A DNA stretch of 64,000 nucleotides from NCBI GenBank assembly GCA_002269645.1, contig NIVC01000544.1, positions 434,001 through 498,000 of the forward strand, written 5' to 3'. Shown here one piece after another: positions 25,846 through 35,572 of this stretch. Every line of letters begins with the position of its first letter. Position 1 is the first letter of the stretch. Made by a program: the position numbers and the translations under genes. Origin of the DNA: Macrostomum lignano. Taxonomy: Eukaryota. The notes below the pieces were generated by a model. That model was not told the DNA's origin, searched no databases, and saw nothing but the letters and a program-made list of their open reading frames with translations.

Positions 25846-28800
25846 CACAGCGCGCAGGAGCTGCGTGTAAGGGTTAAAAAAATCTAGTACAAAGCGACCT
25901 GCTTTATTGTGTTCACCATTACTTGGTAAGTATTTTTCTAGAGTTTTTAAAAAATCTGCCGATGTCAAGCTCCACAATCAGTAAATTATTCAATTAGCAT
26001 TAATTGCATGGCGAAAGGTCTAAACAAGTCATGATTTTTATCCAAGGACCATTGATATTTTAAGCTAGGGTCGTTGCACTATTACATGCATGTTATGTAT
26101 AGTGTATTATATAATTTTTGTGACAGTTTATTGTATAAATTCGTGTGCATAGCCTAGAATTGGAAACAATTTATAGTGTTAAATAAATAGAAAGTAAGTT
26201 ACACATAGTAATAGAAAAGTATAACTAAAAAACAGTAAGAAATACAGATAGGCGACAAATTTATGTCTTTTCAAATTGTAGAAAATAATTTTAGTTCTTG
26301 GTGTAGCCACAGTTGGAGTAAAGCCGAGAGAAAATTTGTGGCAGAATGTCCATAGACTTCGTGCCATGAGAGTCTAAAACACTGCATGACATGAGAAGCC
26401 TTGCTGTGAAGTTTCAGGGGTTGATTTGTCTATGACCAGACCTCAAAATAGAGAGCTCCAAGTTCCAACTGTAACCTCACCAAAAATTAAACAAAAAACC
26501 TGAATTTGTCCCCCATTTGTCAAAACTAGAATTCTGGTGCACCAATCGGTTTTAAAGTAACTCGGATATTATTGCACCTTCAACAGAACTGCTTACAGCA
26601 CAGTAGCCCATTTTACAGATGCCGCGAGCTGTACACCGTGATGCACCTGAGCAAACGCCGAGCATACTCCGGATGAGTTGCATCCACCTTAAAGCGTTGA
26701 CTCCACATGTCGCTGAAGTCGCGATGTGCCGACTCCATCGCCTGCTCAGACCAAAACCCAAGGCCTCGGCGACACCCATATTGTACTGCCATCGCTTCCA
26801 AAAACTGCGGCACGTGGTCAATGAGGGCATGGGCCTTCGGAGTGATGTTGATGGCCAGAGCGTGGTATGCCGCCTCGAACTCTTTGACTGCTGTATCGTA
26901 GCCTTCAAGCAGTTGTTGGCCGAAGCACTTCTGCTGGACAGCTCGCAGGCAGCTGAATGCATGGGCGACAGGCACTCCGCTGAAGGCAGCGTGGTCAGCG
27001 AGGATCTGGCGCAGGCTGTCGACTCCACCAAGCAGTCGGTCGCACTCATTGCCATTGAACTGGCTGCCATGATACGGTGAGCGCCGTACGTGAAGAGCCT
27101 CAGCCCACTGTGCAGCACGGACTCCGTCGGGACCCAATGCTGTCAGGCGCTGCTCAAGCTCGTCGTACAGCCTGTTGACAAGGCCTAGCAGCAGGTGGAG
27201 CTCCATGGGTGGCACGGCTTCTAGCGTGTTTGAACTGTCTGGCCAATTCAGCAGTGGTTGCCTGATGCAGTTGTGGAATGGCTCTCCTGATGGCTTTGAG
27301 CTTCGTTGCCCCTCGATGCGCTGATACTGGGCAGCTTGGCTGCGAATAGAGCCAAAAGTCCGCAATCTGACACTGCGATGGGGATTGGCGAACTCTTTTC
27401 GAGGCGTCTCGCACCACGGGCAGGGATGGGCGCTGCTGGCGCTCTGCAGTCCAAGAAGCACATTTGCAAGTTTCATGTCCACGGAGCTGCAGAAAGACAC
27501 GTCTTCTAGGTTCAGCAGATTGAGCACAGTTTGCACGTTCTCATAGTACTCCGGTACTTTTTCAACTGCTGCGATAATTAAAAGCTTCTTTACACCACCT
27601 TCGGCAAAAGGGCTGCTGCCGGCCTCGGTGACACCGCCTAGTAGAACAGATGACTGCTCCCCGGACCGGACCAATGTCATGCAAACTTTAAAAAAGCCGC
27701 GTCCTCCATCAATACCAATCTTAAGCAGGAAGCTGCCAGGATCAGGATCCATTCTCCGCCGTGCCAGCACGTAGCCCACCAAGCCAGAGACGTTGGAGCA
27801 GAACACAACAGTCCGCGTTTCAAATTCGCCCGTGCTGCAACGGACTTGGACTGACTCTGTTGCATAAAATGGATCCAACTCGCTATTCAATTCTGCCAGG
27901 CGATGCAGGAGGTTTGGCTCGATCGAACTGCGACCCTTCCACTCACGGAAGAACTGGGCCGCCTGTCTGGTTTGCCGACCACTCAAACCGATCGCATCCT
28001 GCATCCTGGCAATCTCACTAGCCGGCACTGATATGTCACCAAATGCACCCGCGGAGCACCTGCTACTCTGAGCGGACACGCTTAGCGTGATTGGGCGGCC
28101 TCGAGTTGCCAGCCGAATAGGCGAATCGCCACCTGCGTCTGTTAACTTGGCTTTGAGGACGTCACTAGCATGAATTTCTGAACCACGCGGATCACGTGAC
28201 AGCTCAGAGCAGATGTTATTTAGCCAGCAAGATTGCGTACAGGTGTGGCTAAGACCCCTGCCAATGGTGGAGTGACATCTCTGGCAGATGGTGATGGGAC
28301 GAGCAGGTGGCACCTCCTTGTTTGGCGAATTGGTTTTCGGTCTGCCAAAGCAATGCGGCTCCGGCTTCCAGGTGCCGAGTCCTTTGCCAATTGGACTTTC
28401 TCTGGCAATCTCACAGAGACAGCAGCTGCACTTCGGGTGGCCCCTTGTTTCCTTTGTCGGTACGACTTTTGAAAAATCAAAAGGGGCAGGAAGAGCTTCA
28501 GAAGTTCGATTCCCCCGTTCAATATCCAGCAGCAGACCCTGGCATCGAGCACACAGAGCAGCTGGGAGAAACTCGTTCTTCAAATCGTAGTTTGCATAAA
28601 AGTACCGCTGGATGCGAGGTAGAGCTGCTTTGCCAATGCGCTGCATGCCTGACCCGCGCTTAAAGCACACAAGGCAGACCTTCAGCCGGTTCTCTTCGTG
28701 AGATTTTGAGTAGTTTGGCATGGTGGTGTTCAGTTCAAGGCTTTTCAATTCCTAAATGCTGAGATGAGCTGATTTATGCTAAATTAATCATTTATATAGC

Positions 28801-29221
28801 TCAAAAACAAAAAATCTGCCTGTCTGAGAGTGACGCTAAATGCACTTCATTTTTTCGGTGACGCAACTGACGCTACACTGATAGAGGTTGATCATGCGCA
28901 CTTAGGGGTGTATGGCGCCTCAGCTTTCGCAATTCGTCATGCATGTACACTGTGCCTTGGGGCTTGGGGGTACGCACTCATGGGTGTGTATTTTGCCTTT
29001 AATTTAAAAAATCAATGGTCCTTGGTTAAAAATCATGACTTGTTTAGACCTTTCGCCATGCAATTAATGCTAATTGAATAATTTACTGATTGTGGAGCTT
29101 GACATCGGCAGATTTTTTAAAAACTCTAGAAAAATACTTACCAAGTAATGGTGAACACAATAAAGCAGGTCGCTTTGTACTAGATTTTTTTAACCCTTAC
29201 ACGCAGCTCCTGCGCGCTGTG
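25846..29221 (-). mobile_element. Chapaev (CMC superfamily) DNA transposon, complete
   Basis: CAC...GTG termini; 211-bp near-perfect TIRs (25846-26056, 29011-29221); 4-bp TSD TGTC (25842-25845, 29222-29225); single intact ORF. Confidence 0.92.
26613..28748 (-). CDS. Chapaev transposase, 711 aa
   Basis: N-terminal H-x7-C-x2-C...P-x3-C-x2-C (Chapa-type zinc finger); catalytic-type motifs GIDGG, VDMKL, SEQAMESAH; CPWC and HALIDH zinc ligands. Confidence 0.88.
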   Translation of the reverse strand: MKSLELNTTMPNYSKSHEENRLKVCLVCFKRGSGMQRIGKAALPRIQRYFYANYDLKNEFLPAALCARCQGLLLDIERGNRTSEALPAPFDFSKVVPTKETRGHPKCSCCLCEIARESPIGKGLGTWKPEPHCFGRPKTNSPNKEVPPARPITICQRCHSTIGRGLSHTCTQSCWLNNICSELSRDPRGSEIHASDVLKAKLTDAGGDSPIRLATRGRPITLSVSAQSSRCSAGAFGDISVPASEIARMQDAIGLSGRQTRQAAQFFREWKGRSSIEPNLLHRLAELNSELDPFYATESVQVRCSTGEFETRTVVFCSNVSGLVGYVLARRRMDPDPGSFLLKIGIDGGRGFFKVCMTLVRSGEQSSVLLGGVTEAGSSPFAEGGVKKLLIIAAVEKVPEYYENVQTVLNLLNLEDVSFCSSVDMKLANVLLGLQSASSAHPCPWCETPRKEFANPHRSVRLRTFGSIRSQAAQYQRIEGQRSSKPSGEPFHNCIRQPLLNWPDSSNTLEAVPPMELHLLLGLVNRLYDELEQRLTALGPDGVRAAQWAEALHVRRSPYHGSQFNGNECDRLLGGVDSLRQILADHAAFSGVPVAHAFSCLRAVQQKCFGQQLLEGYDTAVKEFEAAYHALAINITPKAHALIDHVPQFLEAMAVQYGCRRGLGFWSEQAMESAHRDFSDMWSQRFKVDATHPEYARRLLRCITVYSSRHL

Positions 29222-29799
29222 TGTCTTAAAGATCTTGTCCCGAATTCCCGAGGCCCGACCCGGGCCCGAGTCCTCATTCCCGGGCCCGACCCGGGCCCGA
29301 CTTTGGCCGTCCCGGTCGCCCCCTAGCTACAACCCCTGGGTAGGCCATGTAAAGTAACCGAGTAAATTTTGTACTCGTAGGAGCTAAAATATTTTCTGCA
29401 CGATTTCATATATTTGAACTCCTCAATTTCTCACTAGATGCGTTCATTATAATGTTTGTTATATCATAATACGAGCTAAAATATCAAAAACAATGTACAG
29501 CTGTTTTCATACTGGGGTACCAGTCCATGTAATGTCGCTCAAGGTGCCTGAGTGACAGCGCAATGCCTCACAAAGTTTTTGAGAGTCTCCGTTAACAATA
29601 AAAAGTGCATCGTGTCCACAACGAAAGCGCATGCCAAGCAAAATAGACCCGAGACCCATCAAAAGAACATATCGTTCCACTGTATCTGTCAATGCAATTC
29701 ATTTCGAATTTATGCTGTTTTGCACTTAATTTCTACACATTCTATTAATTTCACTCACGTTTTGTAAGAAAAAACAGTTTAAAGAAAGAAACAAACGCC

Positions 29800-30141
29800 G
29801 TGTATCCTATGGCTAGCGCAGTGCTCTGATATGCCAGCGGCCCAGGCTCGATTCCAAGTGCGGTCACATTGAGTTGGGGCTAACAAGGAATCTCGGCTTG
29901 GCTCTGTTCGTGCAATTGCCGCCCAGCTTAAGGGCCACCTTGCTCCAAGGCACAGTGATAAATCAAGTTAGGGCCGCTGTACACTCGTGTGTGAGTGTGT
30001 GTGTGTGCGTATGACTGCGTACGTGTCCGCGCGCTTGTGTGCCTGCTCAGGGGAGTCGGCAGAATGGGCAGTAGTGCCTTTCGCCGGTTGTGTGACAATG
30101 TCGCTTAAAGTGCACCAGGGTGCACACAGCCTCTACCTCTA
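29800..30141 (+). mobile_element. tRNA-derived SINE, family A, copy d
   Basis: B-box GGCTCGATTCC; colinear with 17859-18223 through the 3' end GGTGCACACAGCC..CCTCTAA. Confidence 0.75.
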
Positions 30142-30145
30142 AATA

Positions 30146-31112
30146 CTTCGGGTGTGTCAAAAGTTATGTCACTGATGTGAAAACAGACGAACTTGCAATC
30201 GCAGATAAACAAAACTGTACCACTCAACAATATAGAGTCCCCCAATATCAATCACTCTCTGGCAGTGCTCATACAGCTTGTCCACCTCAGCCTGCAGGTG
30301 TTTTTAATCCAACAGCCATAACCAGTGCAACGCGGCCTGTTTAACCTCTTCATGATTTGCGAAACTCCTCTTGGAAAAGTCAGCCTTTAGCCATTTGAAC
30401 AGAAATCTGTCGCACAAGTTGAGGTCCGGGCTGTAGGGACTCTGTCAGAGCAGATTCACTCGCCGTGCAGGTAGAAAATCCGAAACAGGCTTACAGGTGT
30501 GCGACCGTGCGGTGTCCACCTGCCACAGAACCTCGTCCAGGAGACATGGAATTTGACCAAAGAGTGCGCCAAAGGACCCCAGTGTGCCGGGCAAAAGCGG
30601 ATAAAAACTACTGACAATCGAACTTGACATTTGACCCTCGATGAGACATCTTTGTTTGGCGTAAAGGCCACCAGCAGCATGGTCTTCTTGTCCGAGACGG
30701 ACCTCGTGGTCACGGTCAGCAGCAGACCCCAGCTCCCAGCCAGCAGCGATTGTCTGCCTTGCTGCCCTTGCCATCCAGGTGGAGCCAGCTTTCATCCTCA
30801 GCAACCAGGCAGTTTAGGATGTCATTCAAGCCCCGGCTGCTGAACACCTTGCGGATCTGCTTGGTGCAGGCGTCTTGTTGAGATTCATGGTTATTTTTGT
30901 TCGCTGCATAGACGAGTTTTCATCACGTTGCACTTGCTAAATCTGCTTGGCGTATTCTTGCGATAGCTTGGGCCATAAACAACCTATGCACGTCTCAAAT
31001 GCACTGGTATTGCTTCACTAAGTATTCTTTGCAGCTACACTACCCACAAGTCCATGTGCCTACATTTTTTAGACAGAGGCCTGCAGTGACATTACTTATG
31101 ACACACCCGAAG
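30146..31112 (-). mobile_element. Mariner (Tc1/mariner) element, internally deleted with a pseudogenized transposase
   Basis: 29-bp TIRs (30146-30174 CTTCGGGTGTGTCAAAAGTTATGTCACTG; 31084-31112) flanked by TA; minus-strand fragments VAEDESW, KKTMLLVAF, QVDTARSH, SPYSPDLNLCDRFLFKWLK with stops and frameshifts. Confidence 0.9.
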
Positions 31113-31189
31113 TAATCAAAATAAATAAAACAATTACCATACATATGTCTGCAAGTGCGAGCGTAACTGCAGCCACCAATTTGTAGACA

Positions 31190-31830
31190 TGTTTAGTGTA
31201 GTGTAGTGTAGTCCACCCGTAGTTGAGCAAAATTTTGAAGAACTTGATGGAGCACCCGCGTGTGATGCAGCTCGCAAGCAGGAAGTGCTACCAATTGTGC
31301 CCGGAAGTGGTCCACAAACCGAGTTCCAGCCACACGTGGCTGGATTATGAAGCCGGTTGTCAGGGCTGTAAACGCTGCCTCCATCTTCATAAATGCAAAA
31401 AGTGCCACCGGTGGAAGGCGCAGTTAACCCGCGGGGATGCATGCTAGTAGGTCTTGTGCTGGATGTAAACCCCAGCAGGTGCTCATGTTGTAAGCAGAGT
31501 TGCATAGCTAACAGTGAAGAACTCGGCTTCGATTTAGCACATACCCGCCAGCGTACTCAGCAGCTTCCAGCGAGGCATTGCTTGCATCCTGCCAGAAGTC
31601 GAGCTCCTGGTGCCTGGCCTGCAAAACTGCTTGAGTTGTGGGACGATGGAGCCAGTAAGTACCACGGGAAAATTCGAGCGTGCACCCGCTTTGCTAGTAT
31701 GTCATTCAGACGCTTCGAAAATTCAGCTGTCTGTAACGCGTTCACTGATAAACTCATTATGATAGAAAAAAGTGATGCCGCTGCAACAGAATCGGTCAAT
31801 ACCTGAGCTGCGAGCGCTGCTTTAATCATT
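31190..31830 (-). pseudogene. Possible decayed hAT/ZNF862-like transposase fragment
   Basis: Minus-strand peptide QPRVAGTRFVDHFRAQLVAL resembles the hAT TRW motif context; frames are broken and no ends were found. Confidence 0.3.
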
Positions 31831-32519
31831 CTTCTGACCCAGAGCTAGGCTGAAATCAGCTTCGGTAATTAAGCTAGCTGGCTAATTGAATAGATTGGTC
31901 GCTGTCGTTCCGATTAAACTGGGTGATATGCTGCCACTTAACTATAGCCGTTAGCCGTTCTTCATCGGGGTGTTTCTAGCATTTTTCATGCAATGTGAGA
32001 TGTCCACGATGACGTAGACTGGCTCACTGGATACACACTGACGTAAAAAAGGTTTGCAGTGTCAACCGTCTGGAATGGTGAGCCCAGTGGGTTGACTCAG
32101 GTTGACTCAGTGAAACGACCTTAATCCCGGCCTTGTAGCTAGCTGTCGAGTTGCAAATCCCAGGAAATACGAAATACTGTCGAATTCACCGCCAAATTGT
32201 TGACTTTGATGGTAGCGGCATCTTCTACTTATTGCTGACCAATCGGTAAGCTGTCGAGCCTTTGTGATGCAGCTGAACTGAGCACGCAATGTAATGTCCG
32301 CCATGGTCCAGCGGATGCCGCGGCTGCAAACATCGCGCCTGACCTTCGCATCATACGACTATAGCTATTGTATTGAGCGTGCCCCGGACAGGAATGCTTT
32401 TCCATTTTCTATTTGCACTTGCATATGTCGGATGGTGCTTTTTTGTCGGTGGACTTCTCTGACAGCGATGATGTAATTGCCCTTCCTAAATCCCCTTCTC
32501 TCGGACCCGACTCAGCATC

Positions 32520-33085
32520 CTCTACCCTCCCGTCTCCATCTCCAGTTCTCTACCCTCCCGTCTCCATCTCCAGTTCTCTACCCTCCCGTCTCCATCTCGA
32601 GTTCTCTACCCTCCCGTCTCCATCTCGAGTTCTCTACCCTCCCGTCTCCATCTTCAGTTCTCTACCCTCCCGTCTCCATCTCGAGTTCTCTACCCTCCCG
32701 TCTCCATCTCGAGTTCTCTACCCTCCCGTCTCCATCTCCAGTTCTCTACCCTCCCGTCTCAATCTCGAGTTCTCTACCCTCCCGTCTCCATCTCCAGTTC
32801 TCTACCCTTCCGTCTCCATCTCCACTTCTCTACCCTCCCGTCTCCATCTTCAGTTCTCTACCCTCCCGTCTCCATCTCCACTTCTCTACCCTCCCGTCTC
32901 CATCTTCAGTTCTCTACCCTCCCGTCTCCATCTCCACTTCTCTACCCTCCCGTCTCCATCTTCAGTTCTCTACCCTCCCGTCTCCATCTCCAGTTCTCTA
33001 CCCTCCCGTCTCCATCTCCAGTTCTCTACCCTCCCGTCTCCATCTCCAGTTCTCTACCCTCCCGTCTCCATCTCCAGTTCTCTAC
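32520..33085. repeat. 28-bp pyrimidine-rich minisatellite (CCCTCCCGTCTCCATCTCCAGTTCTCTA)
   Basis: Tandem units; cause of ORFs 32413-33192 and 32477-33109. Confidence 0.95.
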
Positions 33086-33779
33086 GAATTGCTTCTGAAA
33101 TGCATTTAAACAGACATGGCAGTAAGACGGACTACTTGGAGAAGCTGTTGAACGAGCTCGCAGATTTTATTGGTTTTAATTATGCCGCATGAAATATAAA
33201 ATAGAGAGCGACAGGGCTACTAAGCTAGGCAAGAAAAAGGGCTTTTAAATACTTGTTTGCTTGAAATTTGAGTTCAACTGAAGAGGCCATTGGCTGGAGC
33301 TACAGTACTAAATATTGGTAGGCCAAATAGCTGGATTGTTACGCACTGCATAAATTAAATCTTTTAGCTCCTAAGTACATACAGACTTCCGCTGTCAAAT
33401 CACTGGCGCTATGGGTAAAGTGTACGACAGATTGCAAACAAAAATGACAGAAATTTTCAGATAAGCAATAATAAATATCATGCGACTGTTTGGGAACGAT
33501 TCCCTGGCTACAGATAAGGAACTGAAATATTAGCTGGCTTACAGAACTCCTTGTAGTTAATTAAAAAGCATGGCTACAAAATAAAACACTGTCAGTCCGC
33601 TATGGGTTACTCGACTGATTCTGTGCAGCACCGGACTGTTCCCTTGATCCTCGGAGCGGCTGTGTCAGTTGTCTGAAATTCGTCACGAAAGGCGATGGGA
33701 TGTTAACAGTCAGTTTAAGTATAAGTGTAGACATCAAGGGAATGCGGGGTGCATACTTGCACACTGTTAGGGACATCGT

Positions 33780-34460
33780 AGATAGCTGGGGAATTGTAGA
33801 CATCTGGGGGAATTGTAGACAGCTGGTGGAATTGTAGACAGCTGGGGGAATTGTAGACAGCTGGGGGAATTGTAGACAGCTGGGGGAATTGTAGACAGCT
33901 GGGGGAATTGTAGACAGCTGGGGGAATTGTAGACGGCTGGGGGAATTGTAGACAGCTGGGGGAATTGTAGACAGCTGGGGAATTGTACTCAAGTGGGGAA
34001 TTGTAGACAGCTAGGGAATTGTAGACAGCTGGGGAATTGTAGACAGCTGGGGGAATTGCACTCAAGTGGGGAATTGTAGACAGTTGGGGAATTGTATTCA
34101 GCTGGGGAGGAGTAGACAACTGGGGAATTGTAGTTAGCTGCGGAATTGTAGTTAGCTGGGGAATTGTAGTTAGCTGGGGAATTGTAGTTAGCTGGGGAAT
34201 TGTAGTCAGCTGGGGAATTGTAGTTAGCTGGGAAATTGTAGTTAGCAGGGGAATTGTAGTCAGCTGGGGAATTGTAGTTAGCTGGGGAATTGTAGTTAGC
34301 TGGGGAATTGTAGTTAGCTGGGGAATTGTAGTCAGCTGGGGAATCGTAGACAGCTGGGGAATTGTAGACAGCTGGGGGAATTGTACTTAAGTGGGGAATT
34401 GTAGACAGTTGGGGAATTGTATTCAGCTGAGGAGGAGTAGACAACTGGGGAATTGTAGAC
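33780..34460. repeat. 18-19-bp minisatellite (GGGGAATTGTAGACAGCTG)
   Basis: Tandem units; the same family recurs at 35070-35470. Confidence 0.95.
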
Positions 34461-34617
34461 ACGTGGGAGAATTAGCTGGTGCATTTGCTGCATGGATACC
34501 AGATAGTTAAGTAAATGCTTAATTATTAAATTAAGTAATGTGCTTCAGTTGGATTGGGCAAAATTATTATCATGAAAGGCGGCGATGCCACCGAATACTT
34601 GCCTGGCTTTCGTAGGG

Positions 34618-34867
34618 TTAGCTTGAAAAATCCTTTCTGACACACTCTTGAGCGCAATCTCTATATGTCATCACTTTTTTGTTCAGCACAGTTTTTATCA
34701 TATAACCAGGATGCAAAGAAAGGCACCCGGCTAAAGGGAAGTTACCTGAAATGGTTAAAACAAATTAATTTAAGTAAGAGCAGCTCAAACCGCCGAAATA
34801 CGTAACTCAGATCGTAACTTACCCAGTGTGAACGCAGGAAGTATCATCATTCCCTGCTCGTATTTAT
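34618..34867 (-). pseudogene. Decayed downstream exons of the WSC gene (linker plus truncated third WSC-like domain)
   Basis: Exon 34867-34823 (DKYEQGMMILPAFTL, phase 1-1) is paralogous to linker 36046-36005; exon from 34730 reads AGCLSLHPGYMIKTVLNKKVMTYRDCAQECVRKDFSS-stop. Confidence 0.65.
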
Positions 34868-35069
34868 CTGAATAATAGAAAATTAGAGCAGGCAAATTAA
34901 TCCTGGAGCAAATAAAAGCAATGAGATATGCACCACAGAGAAGACAAAAGACGGCAAAGCGGGCAAAAAATTACAGATAGAGATCAGTGAGAGAAAACTG
35001 AAGTGAAGGATAGGATTTAAAATGCAACTCGGCTGCAGCTGGGAAGATAGATGGAAAGTTCGGCTGGTG

Positions 35070-35470
35070 AATGGTAGACAGCAGGGGAATGGTAGACAGT
35101 TGGGGAATGGTAGACAGCTGGGGAATTGTAGACAGCTGGGGAATTGTAGACAGCTGGGGAATTGTAGACAGCTGGGGAATGGTAGACAGCTGGGCAATTG
35201 TAGACTGCTTGGGAATTGTAGACAGCTGGGGAATTGTAGACAGCTGGGGAATCGTAGACAGCTGGGGAATCGTAGACAGCTGAGGAATTGCAATTGTAGA
35301 CAGTTGGGGAATGGTAGACAGCAGGGGAGTTGTAGACAGCAGGGGAATTGTAGACAGCTGGGGAATCGTAGACAGCTGGGGAATTGTAGACAGCTGGGGA
35401 ATTGTAGACAGTTGGGGAATGGTAGACAGCTGGGGAATTGTAGACAGCTGGGGAACTGTAGACAGCTGGA
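35070..35470. repeat. 18-bp minisatellite (GGGGAATTGTAGACAGCT)
   Basis: Same family as 33780-34460. Confidence 0.95.
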
Positions 35471-35572
35471 CATGAAGAGCATCTTTAGAACTTTTGGTAG
35501 TTTGTGAAAAGCAGTTTCCGTTCGAAACAGAAGCAGCTTATGCACAGGCAGTAATATGACAAAATTCTTGCC

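Larger units (their letters stand above)
24433..29325. mobile_element. Non-autonomous hAT-like DNA transposon (~1.5 kb without the nested Chapaev)
   Basis: Termini TAGGGGGCGACC...GGTCGCCCCCTA; 8-bp TSD GCTACAAC at 24425-24432 and 29326-29333; GC-rich subterminal CCCGGGCCCG repeats at both ends; no transposase ORF seen. Confidence 0.88.

Noticed and set aside
33989-34462. In-frame (NSPANY)n ORF as an adhesive-like protein
   Set aside because: Lies wholly within an 18-19-bp minisatellite whose 19-bp units shift frame; no signal peptide or splice link seen.
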